From NCBI RefSeq assembly GCF_025060675.1, contig NZ_JANXBI010000036.1: 64,000 bases of DNA; one strand, written 5' to 3'. The position numbers and the translations under genes were made by a program. The notes below the pieces were generated by a model that saw nothing but the letters and a program-made list of their open reading frames with translations, had not been told where the DNA came from and ran no database searches. This document shows, in pieces, positions 18,223 through 28,077 of this stretch; position 1 is the stretch's first letter; every line of letters begins with the position of its first letter. The DNA comes from Candidatus Caldatribacterium sp. Lineage in GTDB: Bacteria; Atribacterota; Atribacteria; Atribacterales; Caldatribacteriaceae.

Positions 18223-19317
18223 GTGGCAACGCTCTTTGGGAAGCAGATGACCCGTGAAGAGATCTTGAAGCGTGTTGGGGATATCTCTCAGCTTGGAGGG
18301 GTTCGTGTCGCCGAGCTCTTGGACGGTCTTGAGCGGGGCGTGCGGGTTGCCGAGGTGAACACAGGGAGTGGGCTTTGGTACACCGTCCTCCTCGATCGGG
18401 GGATGGACATCGCCTGGACGATGTACAAGGGCATAAGCATTGGGTGGAGGTCGGGGACGCAGAACCTCTCTCCTTTCCTCTTTGAGCCGGAAGGTTTTGG
18501 GTGGCTTCGGGGATTCCATGGGGGGCTCATGAACACCTGTGGCCTCTCCTATGCTGGGGCACCTTGCCGAGACACCTCAACCCTTGTCCACCGCCTTGAG
18601 GAAGAAGACCTGGGGCTCCATGGGCGGGCTTCGTACCTGCCTGCGGGGAACGTGTACGTCGATGGAGCTTGGCAGGGCGATGAGTACCTCATGTGGGTTC
18701 AGGGGAAAATCCGGGAGGCCATCGTCTTCGGCGAGAAGCTCGTCCTCACCCGGAAGATATGGAGTCGCCTCGGGGAAAAGGTCATCCACATTGAGGACCA
18801 GGTGAGCAACGAAGGGCACATCGAGAGCCCCTTCATGATCCTCTACCACATTAACATCGGCTACCCCATCCTTGATGAGGGGAGTCGCCTTCTCCTGCCT
18901 GTGGTGCGAACCGTTCCCCGTGACCATTGGGCGGAGGAAGGTAAAGAGGAATGGGACCGCTTCCATGCTCCCCAGAAGGGGTACTTTGAAAAGGTCTACC
19001 TCCATTACCCAAAGACCATGGAAGACGGCTTTGGGGCCTCTCTGCTCCTCAACGAACAGCTGGGGATTGGGGTGTATGTGAAGTTCGATACCAAAGAACT
19101 CCCTTACTTCACCGAGTGGAAGATGATGGGGGAGGGCGAGTACGTTGTAGGGATGGAACCGGGGAACTGTTTCCCCTTGGGACGGAAGAAGGAGCGGGAG
19201 GAGGGGAGACTCGTCTTCCTGAAACCCGGAGAGGTCCGGAAGATTACCTTGGAGATTGGGATTCTTGAGGGGCCTCAGGAAATCGAGGCCTTCAAAAAGT
19301 ATTTAGGGATGGAGTAG
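18223..19317 (+). CDS. Aldose-1-epimerase-like protein (DUF4432 type)
   Basis: 364 aa. The N-terminal pattern, the overall beta-rich composition and His/Glu positions resemble the DUF4432 / galactose mutarotase-like family. It uses a GTG start 1 nt after the ftsZ stop. Confidence 0.6.
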   Translation: MATLFGKQMTREEILKRVGDISQLGGVRVAELLDGLERGVRVAEVNTGSGLWYTVLLDRGMDIAWTMYKGISIGWRSGTQNLSPFLFEPEGFGWLRGFHGGLMNTCGLSYAGAPCRDTSTLVHRLEEEDLGLHGRASYLPAGNVYVDGAWQGDEYLMWVQGKIREAIVFGEKLVLTRKIWSRLGEKVIHIEDQVSNEGHIESPFMILYHINIGYPILDEGSRLLLPVVRTVPRDHWAEEGKEEWDRFHAPQKGYFEKVYLHYPKTMEDGFGASLLLNEQLGIGVYVKFDTKELPYFTEWKMMGEGEYVVGMEPGNCFPLGRKKEREEGRLVFLKPGEVRKITLEIGILEGPQEIEAFKKYLGME

Positions 19318-21229
19318 CAGTACCCCGGTAGAGGGTCGTGTAGGCGAAGTAGTTGGTGAGGACTTTTTTGACGTAGGTTTTCGTCTCGGCGAAGGGAATG
19401 GATTCCACGAAGGCGTCTTGGTCCGGGGGGAGGCTTTTCCGCCACGCTTCTGCTCTCCCCGGACCAGCGTTGTACCCGCAGAGGGCAAGGATGATGTCTC
19501 CCTCAAACCTCCGGAGGAGATAGGCAAGGTACGCTATCCCAATAGCCAGGTTTTCCCGTGGATTCTTGAGGAGGTTTTCGATGGCGTGAGGGTTCCCCTT
19601 TGGGTTCACCCATCCCTTTTCGATGACCCAAGAGCCTGTTGCGGGCATAACCTGGGCAAGACCTATGGCTCCGGCGGGAGACACAGCCTCCGGATCAAAG
19701 GCGCTCTCGGCATGAACCAGGGCAAGGACAAGGTAAGGGTCAAGGGGAGGGCTCTGCCGAGTGGCGAACTCTTGAATCTCCTTGAAGAAGGCAAGGGGAT
19801 AATAGGCCTTTGCGGCAAACTCTGGGATTTTGCCCTGTTTGGGGAGAAGGCGAAAGGCAAGGCGAATGCTCTCCCGATACGCTCCCTCTCGGGCAAGGAG
19901 TGAGGAAGCTTCCCAAAGGAGTGCGGCATTGTGTGGGTCTTGCAAGAGGAGGGAGAAAAGCTCAATCCTTGCGTTCTTGAGGAAACCCAAGGAGGAGAGC
20001 AAACGGTACCGCTTCCAAGAAGCGGCAAGAGGTTCAGGGAGGGAAAGGGTGGGAGGATGCGCCGCTACAAAGGGTGACGAGGACGTGAGGATTTCGGAAG
20101 CTCTGACGTAGTAGTAGTCAAGGCGAGACTCCTCAAGGATGGTGGCAAGGTAGGATGTGTCCTTTGCGATTTTGAAATTCCAGAAAAGGGCCTGGTTCCG
20201 CCATTCCGGAATCTGGGCAAGGGCGTGGAGGACGTTTTGGGCCCTTGAGAAGTCCTTTGCCCTGTAGAGGGCAAAGAAGAGCTCCGAAAGGAGCGGTCCG
20301 TTGTTTGGGAAAAGGCGTGCCGCCCGCTCTAAGGTTGCGACGTACTCGTCTTGTCGTTCCTGCGTCTTGTACAGGGAGGCGAGGTTCGTCAGAGCGCTCA
20401 GAGCGTATGGGCTTTGGGGGAAACGGGAGAGGAGTCGCTCGTATTGGGTGATGGCCTCGCCATAGCGTGCCATTCGCTGGGCAAGGACGGCTCGGTAGAA
20501 GATGACTTCTGCGGTGTCCTCTCGTCCCTCAAGGAGTTTTTGGAGGGCGGTCAGGTCACCTTTGCGGAGGAAGAGCCGTGCCTTCAAGGAGAAGGCGTCT
20601 TCTAAGGTTGCGGCAAATGCTTCGGCCTTCTCAAGGAAACCCAGGGAGAGGAAGAACTCCGCAAGGGAAAGGCGTAAGGTAGGGGAGAAAGGGGAAGGGG
20701 TAAGGGAAGAGAGGAAGGGAAGGAGCTTTTGCCGAGTCTTTGTCGTCGTCTGGTTGCGGAATTCCCGGTACGTTCGGGCAAGGAGGAGAACTGCCTCGTT
20801 CGAAAACCCCTTCTCTCCAAGGAGCGTGATGAGCGTTTCAAAGGCGGTGAGCTTTTCTTCTTCGCTTCGGGCAAAGCGCAGCGCGCGGATTGCCCAAGAG
20901 AAGGAGTGCTCCTTTTGGGCGCAGAAGATCGCAGCATGGAAGAGAACCGGGGATTCGGGGAAGGTGCGCTCAAGAAGGGCAAAGAGGCGTTCTTTGACCT
21001 CTTGGGGAGGGTTGCGGTGTTCGAGGAAAAGGAGCGCAAGGTGGTCACCTAAGGTTTTCTGCTCTCTGAGGCTTGCCATGACTACCCTTTGGGCAAGAGG
21101 CGTCATGGGGCTTTTGATGAGGGTGGTAGCCAAAAGGAAGTGCCATGGGTCATCTTTCCCCCATGCTCCAAAGGCGAAAAGGAAACCCCACAGCACAAGG
21201 AGGAGGACGGTAGCAATCTTTGCTTTCAT
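19292..21229 (-). CDS. slt: Soluble lytic murein transglycosylase (Slt70-like)
   Basis: It has a signal peptide, a long superhelical repeat region and a C-terminal SLT domain (LVLALVHAESAFDPEAVSPAGAIGLAQVMPATG...YNAGPG). Confidence 0.85.
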   Translation of the reverse strand: MKAKIATVLLLVLWGFLFAFGAWGKDDPWHFLLATTLIKSPMTPLAQRVVMASLREQKTLGDHLALLFLEHRNPPQEVKERLFALLERTFPESPVLFHAAIFCAQKEHSFSWAIRALRFARSEEEKLTAFETLITLLGEKGFSNEAVLLLARTYREFRNQTTTKTRQKLLPFLSSLTPSPFSPTLRLSLAEFFLSLGFLEKAEAFAATLEDAFSLKARLFLRKGDLTALQKLLEGREDTAEVIFYRAVLAQRMARYGEAITQYERLLSRFPQSPYALSALTNLASLYKTQERQDEYVATLERAARLFPNNGPLLSELFFALYRAKDFSRAQNVLHALAQIPEWRNQALFWNFKIAKDTSYLATILEESRLDYYYVRASEILTSSSPFVAAHPPTLSLPEPLAASWKRYRLLSSLGFLKNARIELFSLLLQDPHNAALLWEASSLLAREGAYRESIRLAFRLLPKQGKIPEFAAKAYYPLAFFKEIQEFATRQSPPLDPYLVLALVHAESAFDPEAVSPAGAIGLAQVMPATGSWVIEKGWVNPKGNPHAIENLLKNPRENLAIGIAYLAYLLRRFEGDIILALCGYNAGPGRAEAWRKSLPPDQDAFVESIPFAETKTYVKKVLTNYFAYTTLYRGTATPSLNTF

Positions 21230-21279
21230 TTTGGGTCCATGATAGCATAATGCCGTGGATATGCAAAGGGGGAGAGGGT

Positions 21280-23019
21280 ATGCGGAACCAGGAAGTGGCC
21301 AAAATCCTCCATGACATTGCGGTGCTCCTGGATATTAAGGGGGAGAACCGTTTCCGTGTGGTGGCCTACGAAGAGGCTGCTCGGCGCATAGAGACCTGGC
21401 CCGAGCCAATTGAAGAGGTCTGGAGGAGTGGGAGACTTGAGGATATCCCAGGGATTGGCGCAAGTATTGCTGGGAAAATCGCTGAGTACCTGGCCACTGG
21501 GAAGATGAGCTACTTCGAGGAGCTTACCCGGGAGATTCCCCCCGAACTCATCGAGCTCACGGAGGTTCCGGGGGTTGGCCCAAAGATTGCCAAGCTCCTC
21601 TACGAACAGCTTGGGGTGCGAACCATTGAAGACCTTGAGCGAGCGGTACAAGAGAAGAAGCTCCGCAATCTCCCTCGGCTTGGGCCAAAGAGCGAGGAGA
21701 AAATTGCTAAGGGTCTTGAAATGTTCCGCCGCAAGACTGGTCGCATGCTCCTTGGACAAGCCCTCCCCCTTGTGGAGAGCATCGTGGCTCTCCTTCAGGA
21801 GAGAACAGGTCTTGCTAAGGTGAGTCCTGCTGGGAGTGTCCGGCGAATGAAGGAGACCATCGGCGATATCGATATCCTTGTGGCGGCAAAGGACCCTAAA
21901 CCCGTCATGGACGTTTTCACCACCCTTCCTCAGGTTCGGGAGGTCCTTGCTCGGGGTGATACAAAATCAAGCATTGTGACCCATGAGGGAATCCAGGTGG
22001 ACCTTCGGGTGGTGGAGGAGGAGTGTTTTGGGGCAGCGCTGCAGTACTTCACCGGCTCGAAGGCGCACAACATCAAACTTCGGGAGATTGCCCTCCGGAA
22101 GGGTTTCAAGGTCAACGAGTACGGCATTTTCCGCTTGGACACCAACGAGCGGGTGGGAGGAGAACGCGAGGAGGACATCTACGAGATGCTCGGCATGGAG
22201 TGGATTCCTCCAGAACTCCGAGAAGACCAGGGTGAGATTGAGTACGCTCTGGAGAAGAAGCTCCCCACCCTTGTGACCATGGAGGATATCCGTGGGGACC
22301 TCCATGTCCACTCCCACTGGAGTGATGGCCTGGTCTCCATCGAGGAGATGGCCAGGGCGGCGAAGATGCGGGGATATGAGTACATAGCAGTCTGTGACCA
22401 TACTCAGTCTCTTGCTGTGGCGTCAGGGCTCACTCCTGAAGAAATCCATGAGCGGGAGAGGGAAATCCGCCGTTGGAACGAAAAACACCCCGAGCTTCTC
22501 ATCCTCAACGGTGTTGAAGCGAATATTCTAAGCGATGGGTCCATTGACTTCCCCGATGCCGAACTTGCCCTCCTTGAGGTGGTTGTGGCAGGGTTGCACT
22601 CCGGGCTCACCCAAAAAGAGGAGAAAATCCTCATGCGCCTTGAACGGGCCATGCGTAACCCTTACGTGCAGATTATCAGCCATCCCACGGGTCGCATCAT
22701 TGGCCGGCGTGATGCTTCAGAGATGGATATCGACGCGCTCATTGCTCTGGCCCGGGAAACGTCCACTGTCCTTGAGATGAACGCCCAACCGGAACGTCTG
22801 GACCTTCGGGATGTGGACGCCCGGCGGGCATCCCAAGGTGGGGTGAAGGTGGTCATTTCCACCGACGCTCACGATCCTGGCTCTTTGGATTTCATGCGGT
22901 ATGGTGTTGCGCAGGCTCGACGGGCTTGGCTCCGAAAAGAGGATGTGTTGAACACCCTGAGTCGGGAGGAGCTTTTAGAGTTCCTTGCCCGGAAGCGGAA
23001 GCATTTCCTGGGGGAGTAA
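21280..23019 (+). CDS. polX: Family X DNA polymerase with C-terminal PHP phosphoesterase domain
   Basis: HhH motifs (IPGIGASIAGKI, VPGVGPKIAKLL), the Pol-beta nucleotidyltransferase motif (GSVRRMKETIGDIDILV) and the PHP domain (GDLHVHSHWSDG...CDH...STDAH). The ATG at 21280 is preceded by ggggagaggg. Confidence 0.9.
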   Translation: MRNQEVAKILHDIAVLLDIKGENRFRVVAYEEAARRIETWPEPIEEVWRSGRLEDIPGIGASIAGKIAEYLATGKMSYFEELTREIPPELIELTEVPGVGPKIAKLLYEQLGVRTIEDLERAVQEKKLRNLPRLGPKSEEKIAKGLEMFRRKTGRMLLGQALPLVESIVALLQERTGLAKVSPAGSVRRMKETIGDIDILVAAKDPKPVMDVFTTLPQVREVLARGDTKSSIVTHEGIQVDLRVVEEECFGAALQYFTGSKAHNIKLREIALRKGFKVNEYGIFRLDTNERVGGEREEDIYEMLGMEWIPPELREDQGEIEYALEKKLPTLVTMEDIRGDLHVHSHWSDGLVSIEEMARAAKMRGYEYIAVCDHTQSLAVASGLTPEEIHEREREIRRWNEKHPELLILNGVEANILSDGSIDFPDAELALLEVVVAGLHSGLTQKEEKILMRLERAMRNPYVQIISHPTGRIIGRRDASEMDIDALIALARETSTVLEMNAQPERLDLRDVDARRASQGGVKVVISTDAHDPGSLDFMRYGVAQARRAWLRKEDVLNTLSREELLEFLARKRKHFLGE

Positions 23020-23727
23020 GGTGGCTGGGAGTCTCCTTTTGTGCGCGCTCTTCTTGTAGAGGGTGAGGATTTTCTGGCGGTCCTCATCCCCCACGGGATT
23101 CCCAAGGAGGAAGCCATCGAGCGTCTCGTAGGTGAGGCCCATCTCACCTTCGTCGGTCTGCCCGGGCCAGAGACCGGCAGAAGGGGGCTTTGTGATGATT
23201 CGTTCGGGAATGCCCAAGAATGCGGCGACTTCCCGAACCTCTCTTTTGGTGAGGTGGGCAAGCGGGGCGATGTCTACGCCACCATCTCCGTACTTTGTGA
23301 AGTACCCAACGGTGAGTTCGCTTCGGTTCGCCGCCCCACAGACGAGGTAGTTCAGGGTGTTGGCAAAAAAGTACAGAACACTCATACGGAGGCGAGGCTT
23401 GAGATTCGCTTGGGGGAGACTTTGGGGACGAGGCGTCTCTCCAAGCACCTCAAGGAGGGCGTCGAAGGGTTTTTCGAGAGGAACTATCCGATAGGGAATG
23501 CCAAAGGTTGTGGCGACAAGGCGTGCGTCTTCGAGGTCTTCGGGATTGCTGTAGCACGGCATCATGACTCCAAGGATGTGCTCTCCACAGGATTTCTGGG
23601 CTAAGACGGCAACGACTGAGGAGTCGATGCCTCCGCTCATGCCAAAAACCAGCCCCTGAGCACCCGCTTCCTGAACCCTTTCCCGTATCCAGAGGACGAT
23701 GCGTTCGACTTCTTTTTGGGGATTCAT
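22975..23727 (-). CDS. nadE: NH3-dependent NAD+ synthetase
   Basis: It has the PP-loop GMSGGIDSSVVA, and the length and motif order match NadE. It converges on polX and overlaps it by 45 nt. Confidence 0.9.
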   Translation of the reverse strand: MNPQKEVERIVLWIRERVQEAGAQGLVFGMSGGIDSSVVAVLAQKSCGEHILGVMMPCYSNPEDLEDARLVATTFGIPYRIVPLEKPFDALLEVLGETPRPQSLPQANLKPRLRMSVLYFFANTLNYLVCGAANRSELTVGYFTKYGDGGVDIAPLAHLTKREVREVAAFLGIPERIITKPPSAGLWPGQTDEGEMGLTYETLDGFLLGNPVGDEDRQKILTLYKKSAHKRRLPATLLPQEMLPLPGKEL

Positions 23728-23745
23728 GGAGTGCTCCTCCTCTCG

Positions 23746-23775
23746 TTGACTTTCCTTTTTTCGGTAATGTATTAT
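23746..23775 (+). promoter_or_regulatory. Candidate sigma-70-type promoter for the leuCD-glyA-nfu unit
   Basis: TTGACT (23746-23751), an 18-nt spacer, then TATTAT (23770-23775), in the divergent nadE/leuC intergenic region. Confidence 0.5.
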
Positions 23776-23811
23776 TTTGCCAACACTACGTCAAGGAAGC
23801 GGGGAAGTTGC

Positions 23812-25068
23812 ATGGGAAAGACAATGGCTGAGAAAATCTTCGAACGCAAGGTCGGAAGACCTGTCCGTCCTGGAGACATTGTGGTTGCTCCAGTCGACTG
23901 GGCGATGGGCCAGGATGGGACTACTCCCCTTGCCATCCAGTCGTTTGAAGAGATGAACGGCAAATCGGTATTCCGTCCGGAGAGGATTGTTTTCGTCATC
24001 GACCATAATGCCCCAAGCCCCCTTGAGTCGGTATCACGCCTCCATGACCTTATGCGTTCTTTTGCGAGGCGCTTTGGCATTCGGGTTTTCGAGGTCGGAG
24101 AGGGTGTATGCCATGAGCTCATGATGAGCCGTGGCCTTGTGGTTCCGGGGGACCTGGTGGTGGGAGCCGATTCCCACACCTGTACGTATGGAGCTATCGG
24201 GGCGTTCGCAACAGGCATTGGGAGCACCGAACTTGCCGTGGTCATGATGACCGGTAAGCTCTGGTTCAAGGTTCCCGAGTCCATCTGCATACGTCTTCTT
24301 GGGGAGCTCCAAAGGGGGGTGTACGCTAAAGACGTCATTCTCCATGTGGCTGCCCTTCTGGGGGCTGATGGAGCGACGTACCAATCCATTGAGTTCCATG
24401 GGCCGGTGGTGGAACGCCTTTCGGTGGAGGAACGGGCAACCATCACCAACATGGCTGTTGAGGTTGGAGCCAAAGCCGGTCTTGTGCCTCCTGACGAGAA
24501 AACGGTGGCCTGGGTACGAGCACGTACTGACCGTCCTTTCGAGGTGGTGCTTCCTGACCCTGATGCGACGTACGCCAAGGTTCTTGAGATTGACTGCACG
24601 CACCTCGAACCCCAGGTTGCTTTCCCGCACCGAGTTGATACGGCGCGGAGCGTCAAGGAAGCGGAGGGCATCCCTATTCAGGAGGCCTTTATTGGGACGT
24701 GTACGAATGGGCGTATCCCTGATTTAGAGGTGGCGGCGCAGATTCTCCGTGGCCGAAGGGTCCATCCTGATGTGCGGCTCATTGTGGCTCCTGCTTCTCG
24801 GGAGACTCTGCTTTTTGCTCTCGAGAAGGGATGGGTGGAGGATATTGTGAAAGCTGGAGGGGTCTTCGTACCACCTGGGTGTGGACCTTGTGTGGGGACG
24901 CACCAGGGTGTTCCTGGAGACGGATGGAATGTCATCTCCACGGCAAACCGGAATTTCCGAGGGCGAATGGGGAATCGGGAGGCCTCCATTTACCTTGCCT
25001 CTCCAGCAACGGTGGCTGCTTCAGCGCTCGAAGGGAAGATTACCGATCCGAGGAAATACCTGGGGTGA
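23812..25068 (+). CDS. leuC: 3-isopropylmalate / homoaconitate dehydratase large subunit (short, archaeal-type aconitase-family enzyme)
   Basis: MAEKIF...DGT...IDHNAP...GADSHTCTYGA...GTCTNGR...PGCGPCVG are the aconitase-family Fe-S ligand motifs. The protein is about 418 aa. The substrate (IPM versus homoaconitate or citramalate) cannot be told from the sequence alone. Confidence 0.8.
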   Translation: MGKTMAEKIFERKVGRPVRPGDIVVAPVDWAMGQDGTTPLAIQSFEEMNGKSVFRPERIVFVIDHNAPSPLESVSRLHDLMRSFARRFGIRVFEVGEGVCHELMMSRGLVVPGDLVVGADSHTCTYGAIGAFATGIGSTELAVVMMTGKLWFKVPESICIRLLGELQRGVYAKDVILHVAALLGADGATYQSIEFHGPVVERLSVEERATITNMAVEVGAKAGLVPPDEKTVAWVRARTDRPFEVVLPDPDATYAKVLEIDCTHLEPQVAFPHRVDTARSVKEAEGIPIQEAFIGTCTNGRIPDLEVAAQILRGRRVHPDVRLIVAPASRETLLFALEKGWVEDIVKAGGVFVPPGCGPCVGTHQGVPGDGWNVISTANRNFRGRMGNREASIYLASPATVAASALEGKITDPRKYLG

Positions 25069-25073
25069 GAGGG

Positions 25074-25574
25074 ATGCGTTTGACCGGGCGTATTCACAAG
25101 TTTGGCGATGACATCAACACGGATTACATTATCTCGGGAAAGTACAAGTTCAAAACCCTCGACATGCAAGAGCTTGCCAAACACGTCATGGAGGATATCG
25201 ATCCAGAGTTTGCCCGTCGCGTACAGCCTGGGGATTTCATCGCTGCGGGGAAGAACTTCGGTTGCGGATCGTCGAGGGAGCAGGCTCCACGGGCGCTTCT
25301 TGCCGCCGGTATTCGGGGGGTTCTTGCCAAGTCGTTTGCCCGAATCTTCTTCCGGAATGCTATCAACTGTGGGCTTTTTGTGGTGGAGTGTGATACTGAC
25401 CACTTCGCCACAGGGGATGAGGTGACCGTTGACCTTGGGGAGGGCAAGGTCATCAACCACACGAAGGGGATTGAGCTTGCTGTTCCACCCCTCCCACAGG
25501 TGATGATTGAGATTCTCAGGGAGGGGGGACTTGTGAACTACTTCAAAAAGTACGGGTCATTCGAGCGAGTTTAG
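25074..25574 (+). CDS. leuD: 3-isopropylmalate / homoaconitate dehydratase small subunit
   Basis: [14 protein letters not shown]...[14 protein letters not shown] is the swivel-domain signature. 166 aa. The ATG at 25074 lies 5 nt after the leuC stop. Confidence 0.8.
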   Translation: MRLTGRIHKFGDDINTDYIISGKYKFKTLDMQELAKHVMEDIDPEFARRVQPGDFIAAGKNFGCGSSREQAPRALLAAGIRGVLAKSFARIFFRNAINCGLFVVECDTDHFATGDEVTVDLGEGKVINHTKGIELAVPPLPQVMIEILREGGLVNYFKKYGSFERV

Positions 25575-25584
25575 GAGAGGTGCC

Positions 25585-26835
25585 ATGTGGGAACGCCTGA
25601 AAACTCAGGATCCTGAGGTGTACCGCTGCATCATCGGTGAGCTCACCCGGGAACGGAATACTTTAGAGCTCATCGCTTCGGAGAACTTCACAAGCCTTGC
25701 CGTTATGGAGGCCCAAGGTTCACCCCTCACGAACAAGTACGCCGAAGGGTATCCGGGACGACGCTACTACGGAGGGTGCGAGTACGTTGACGAGGCGGAG
25801 CGGTTGGCCATCGAACGGGCAAAGGCGGTTTTTGGTGCAGAACACGCCAATGTCCAGCCTCACTCGGGGTCTCAGGCGAATATGGCGGTGTACTTTGCGG
25901 TGCTCCGACCTGGGGACGTGGTGATGGGGATGGACCTGGCCCATGGGGGACACCTCACCCACGGGAGCCGGGTGAACTTTTCGGGGATGCTTTACAACTT
26001 TGTTCCGTACGGGGTGAGCCGGGAGACGGAGACCATCGACTACGACGCTTTGGAGAAACAGGCTCTTGAAGTCCGTCCAAAGCTCATTGTGGCGGGAGGG
26101 AGTGCCTATCCCCGGATTATCGACTTTGTGAGAATGCGAGCCATTTGCGACAAGGTTGGAGCGTACCTCATGGTGGACATGGCTCACTTTGCTGGCCTTG
26201 TGGCGGCAGGGATTCACCCGAATCCTGTACCCTATGCGCACTTTGTCACCACCACAACGCACAAGACCCTGCGGGGGCCGCGGGGAGGCATTGTCCTCTG
26301 CAAAAAGGAATTCGCTCAGGCAATCGATAAAGCCCTCTTCCCAGGGATTCAGGGTGGGCCGCTTATGCACGTCATTGCGGCTAAGGCGGTGGCACTGCGG
26401 GAAGCCCAGACACCTGCGTTCTCCGCTTACCAGAAACAGGTTGTTCGCAATGCCCAAGCGCTTGCCGAAGCTCTGCAGGAGCGGGGGTATCGTCTCGTCT
26501 CTGGGGGAACGGATACCCACCTCCTCCTTGTGGACCTCAGGAATTTTGGCCTCACTGGGAAGGAGGCTGAAACCATCCTTGACCAGGTGGGGATAACGGT
26601 GAACAAAAACGTCATCCCCTTCGATCCCCAAAAACCTATGGTCACAAGCGGTATTCGTCTTGGGACACCAGCCTGTACCACCCGGGGTATGAAGGAAGAG
26701 GAAATGCGTCGCATTGCTGAGCTCATCGACATGGCTCTCCGGAACCGTGAAAACCCCTCGGTTCTTGAGAGGGTCCGCAAGGCGGTTCGAGATCTTTGTG
26801 CTGCCTTCCCCCTTTACCCGGAGGTTGGGGAATAG
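25585..26835 (+). CDS. glyA: Serine hydroxymethyltransferase
   Basis: [26 protein letters not shown] and [14 protein letters not shown] (PLP Lys). Confidence 0.95.
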   Translation: MWERLKTQDPEVYRCIIGELTRERNTLELIASENFTSLAVMEAQGSPLTNKYAEGYPGRRYYGGCEYVDEAERLAIERAKAVFGAEHANVQPHSGSQANMAVYFAVLRPGDVVMGMDLAHGGHLTHGSRVNFSGMLYNFVPYGVSRETETIDYDALEKQALEVRPKLIVAGGSAYPRIIDFVRMRAICDKVGAYLMVDMAHFAGLVAAGIHPNPVPYAHFVTTTTHKTLRGPRGGIVLCKKEFAQAIDKALFPGIQGGPLMHVIAAKAVALREAQTPAFSAYQKQVVRNAQALAEALQERGYRLVSGGTDTHLLLVDLRNFGLTGKEAETILDQVGITVNKNVIPFDPQKPMVTSGIRLGTPACTTRGMKEEEMRRIAELIDMALRNRENPSVLERVRKAVRDLCAAFPLYPEVGE

Positions 26836-26887
26836 GCTTGAGGTTTTTGGGTTATCATGGGAAAACTCTTTCTTTGGAGGGACGAAA

Positions 26888-27109
26888 ATGCGCGAGAAAG
26901 TTGAACGGGCTTTGGAGAAAGTTCGAGGGTATCTCCAGTACGAGGGTGGCGACGTGGAACTTGTGGACATCGTTGATGGGGTGGTGAAGGTTCGCCTGAA
27001 AGGCATGTGCAGCGCTTGTCCTATGTCCATGATTACCCTAAAAGACGGCATTGAGCGGATTCTCAAAGAGGAAGTTCCGGAAGTAAAGGCTGTTGAGCAA
27101 GTCTTCTGA
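26888..27109 (+). CDS. NifU C-terminal-domain (Nfu-type) Fe-S cluster carrier
   Basis: 73 aa. GGDVELVDIVDGVVKVRLKGMCSACPMS carries the CxxC motif. Confidence 0.8.
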   Translation: MREKVERALEKVRGYLQYEGGDVELVDIVDGVVKVRLKGMCSACPMSMITLKDGIERILKEEVPEVKAVEQVF

Positions 27110-27348
27110 GAGAGGTCAGCGCAGTTTCTCTCCCCGAGTGCCCTCAGGAGTTCTGGAAGCTGTTGTGCTTTTCCCTTGGAATCCTGAGGGTGTTTTCTCC
27201 TGGAAGAGCGGAGCCCTGGACATTTTTAACTGAAGTACGTAATTGAGAGGTACCCTTCCTTCACAGGATTTTCTAAAAAGAGTTATGGATTTCCCCCAGC
27301 ACCTCTGGTACAATTGGAGAGGAAACCGGCGGAGAGGGAGGGCTCAGA

Positions 27349-27990
27349 ATGGCGGAAATTCTTGAACAGATTTCCCGGGAACTCTTTGCGGGGAACGCGA
27401 AAGCAGTGGCGGAGCTTGTGGAAAAGGCTCTGCACGAAGGGTTTTCACCGCAGGAGATTCTCAACAACGGCCTTATCAAGGGCATGAACGAGGTGGGTGT
27501 GAAGTTCAAAGCGAACGAGATTTACGTTCCAGAGGTGCTCATCGCGGCGCGGGCGATGAAGGCGGGGATGGAAATCCTTCGGCCAAAACTCGTCGAGACA
27601 GGGGTTGAACCGGTGGCCAAGATGGTTATCGGGACGGTCAAGGGTGACCTCCATGACATTGGGAAGAATCTCGTTGCTATGATGATGGAAGGGGCGGGAT
27701 TCCAGGTCATTGACCTGGGTATTGATGTTCCCGCCGAGAAGTTCATCCAGGCGGTGAGGGAACACAAGCCGCAACTTGTCGGTATGTCTGCGCTTTTGAC
27801 CACCACCATGATTCAGATTCGGGAGAACATCAAGGCTTTCAAGGAAGCTGGTATTCGGGATGCGGTGAAAATCATGGTCGGCGGTGCCCCGGTGACCCAG
27901 AAATTCGCCGATGAGGTTGGGGCTGATGGGTACGCACCGGATGCGGCTTCTGCTGTGGACAAGGCAAAGGAACTCCTTGGGCTCAACTGA
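27349..27990 (+). CDS. Corrinoid (cobalamin-binding) methyltransfer protein, MtaC/MtbC/MttC-like
   Basis: An N-terminal B12-binding_2 helical cap is followed by a Rossmann B12 domain with the DxHxxG motif (GDLHDIGKN), SALLTTT and MVGGAP. Confidence 0.85.
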   Translation: MAEILEQISRELFAGNAKAVAELVEKALHEGFSPQEILNNGLIKGMNEVGVKFKANEIYVPEVLIAARAMKAGMEILRPKLVETGVEPVAKMVIGTVKGDLHDIGKNLVAMMMEGAGFQVIDLGIDVPAEKFIQAVREHKPQLVGMSALLTTTMIQIRENIKAFKEAGIRDAVKIMVGGAPVTQKFADEVGADGYAPDAASAVDKAKELLGLN

Positions 27991-28010
27991 AGGGGCGGAT
28001 GCCCCTTTTT
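27991..28010 (+). terminator. Rho-independent terminator after the corrinoid protein gene
   Basis: The hairpin ggggc-ggat-gcccc is followed by T6. Confidence 0.7.
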
Positions 28011-28077
28011 TCTCTTCCCTTACTTAAAAAAATGAATTATGCTCTAATTCACAGAGCTATTTTGGAGGGGGAGAAGA

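Noticed and set aside
25720-27066. A 448-aa minus-strand ORF opposite glyA and nfu.
   Set aside because: It is antisense to the unmistakable serine hydroxymethyltransferase gene, and its product has no domain signatures.
27110-27348. A cobalamin riboswitch upstream of the corrinoid protein gene.
   Set aside because: I looked for the B12-box and the conserved GGGAA / GCCACUG-type core and found neither. Only a simple inverted repeat is present.
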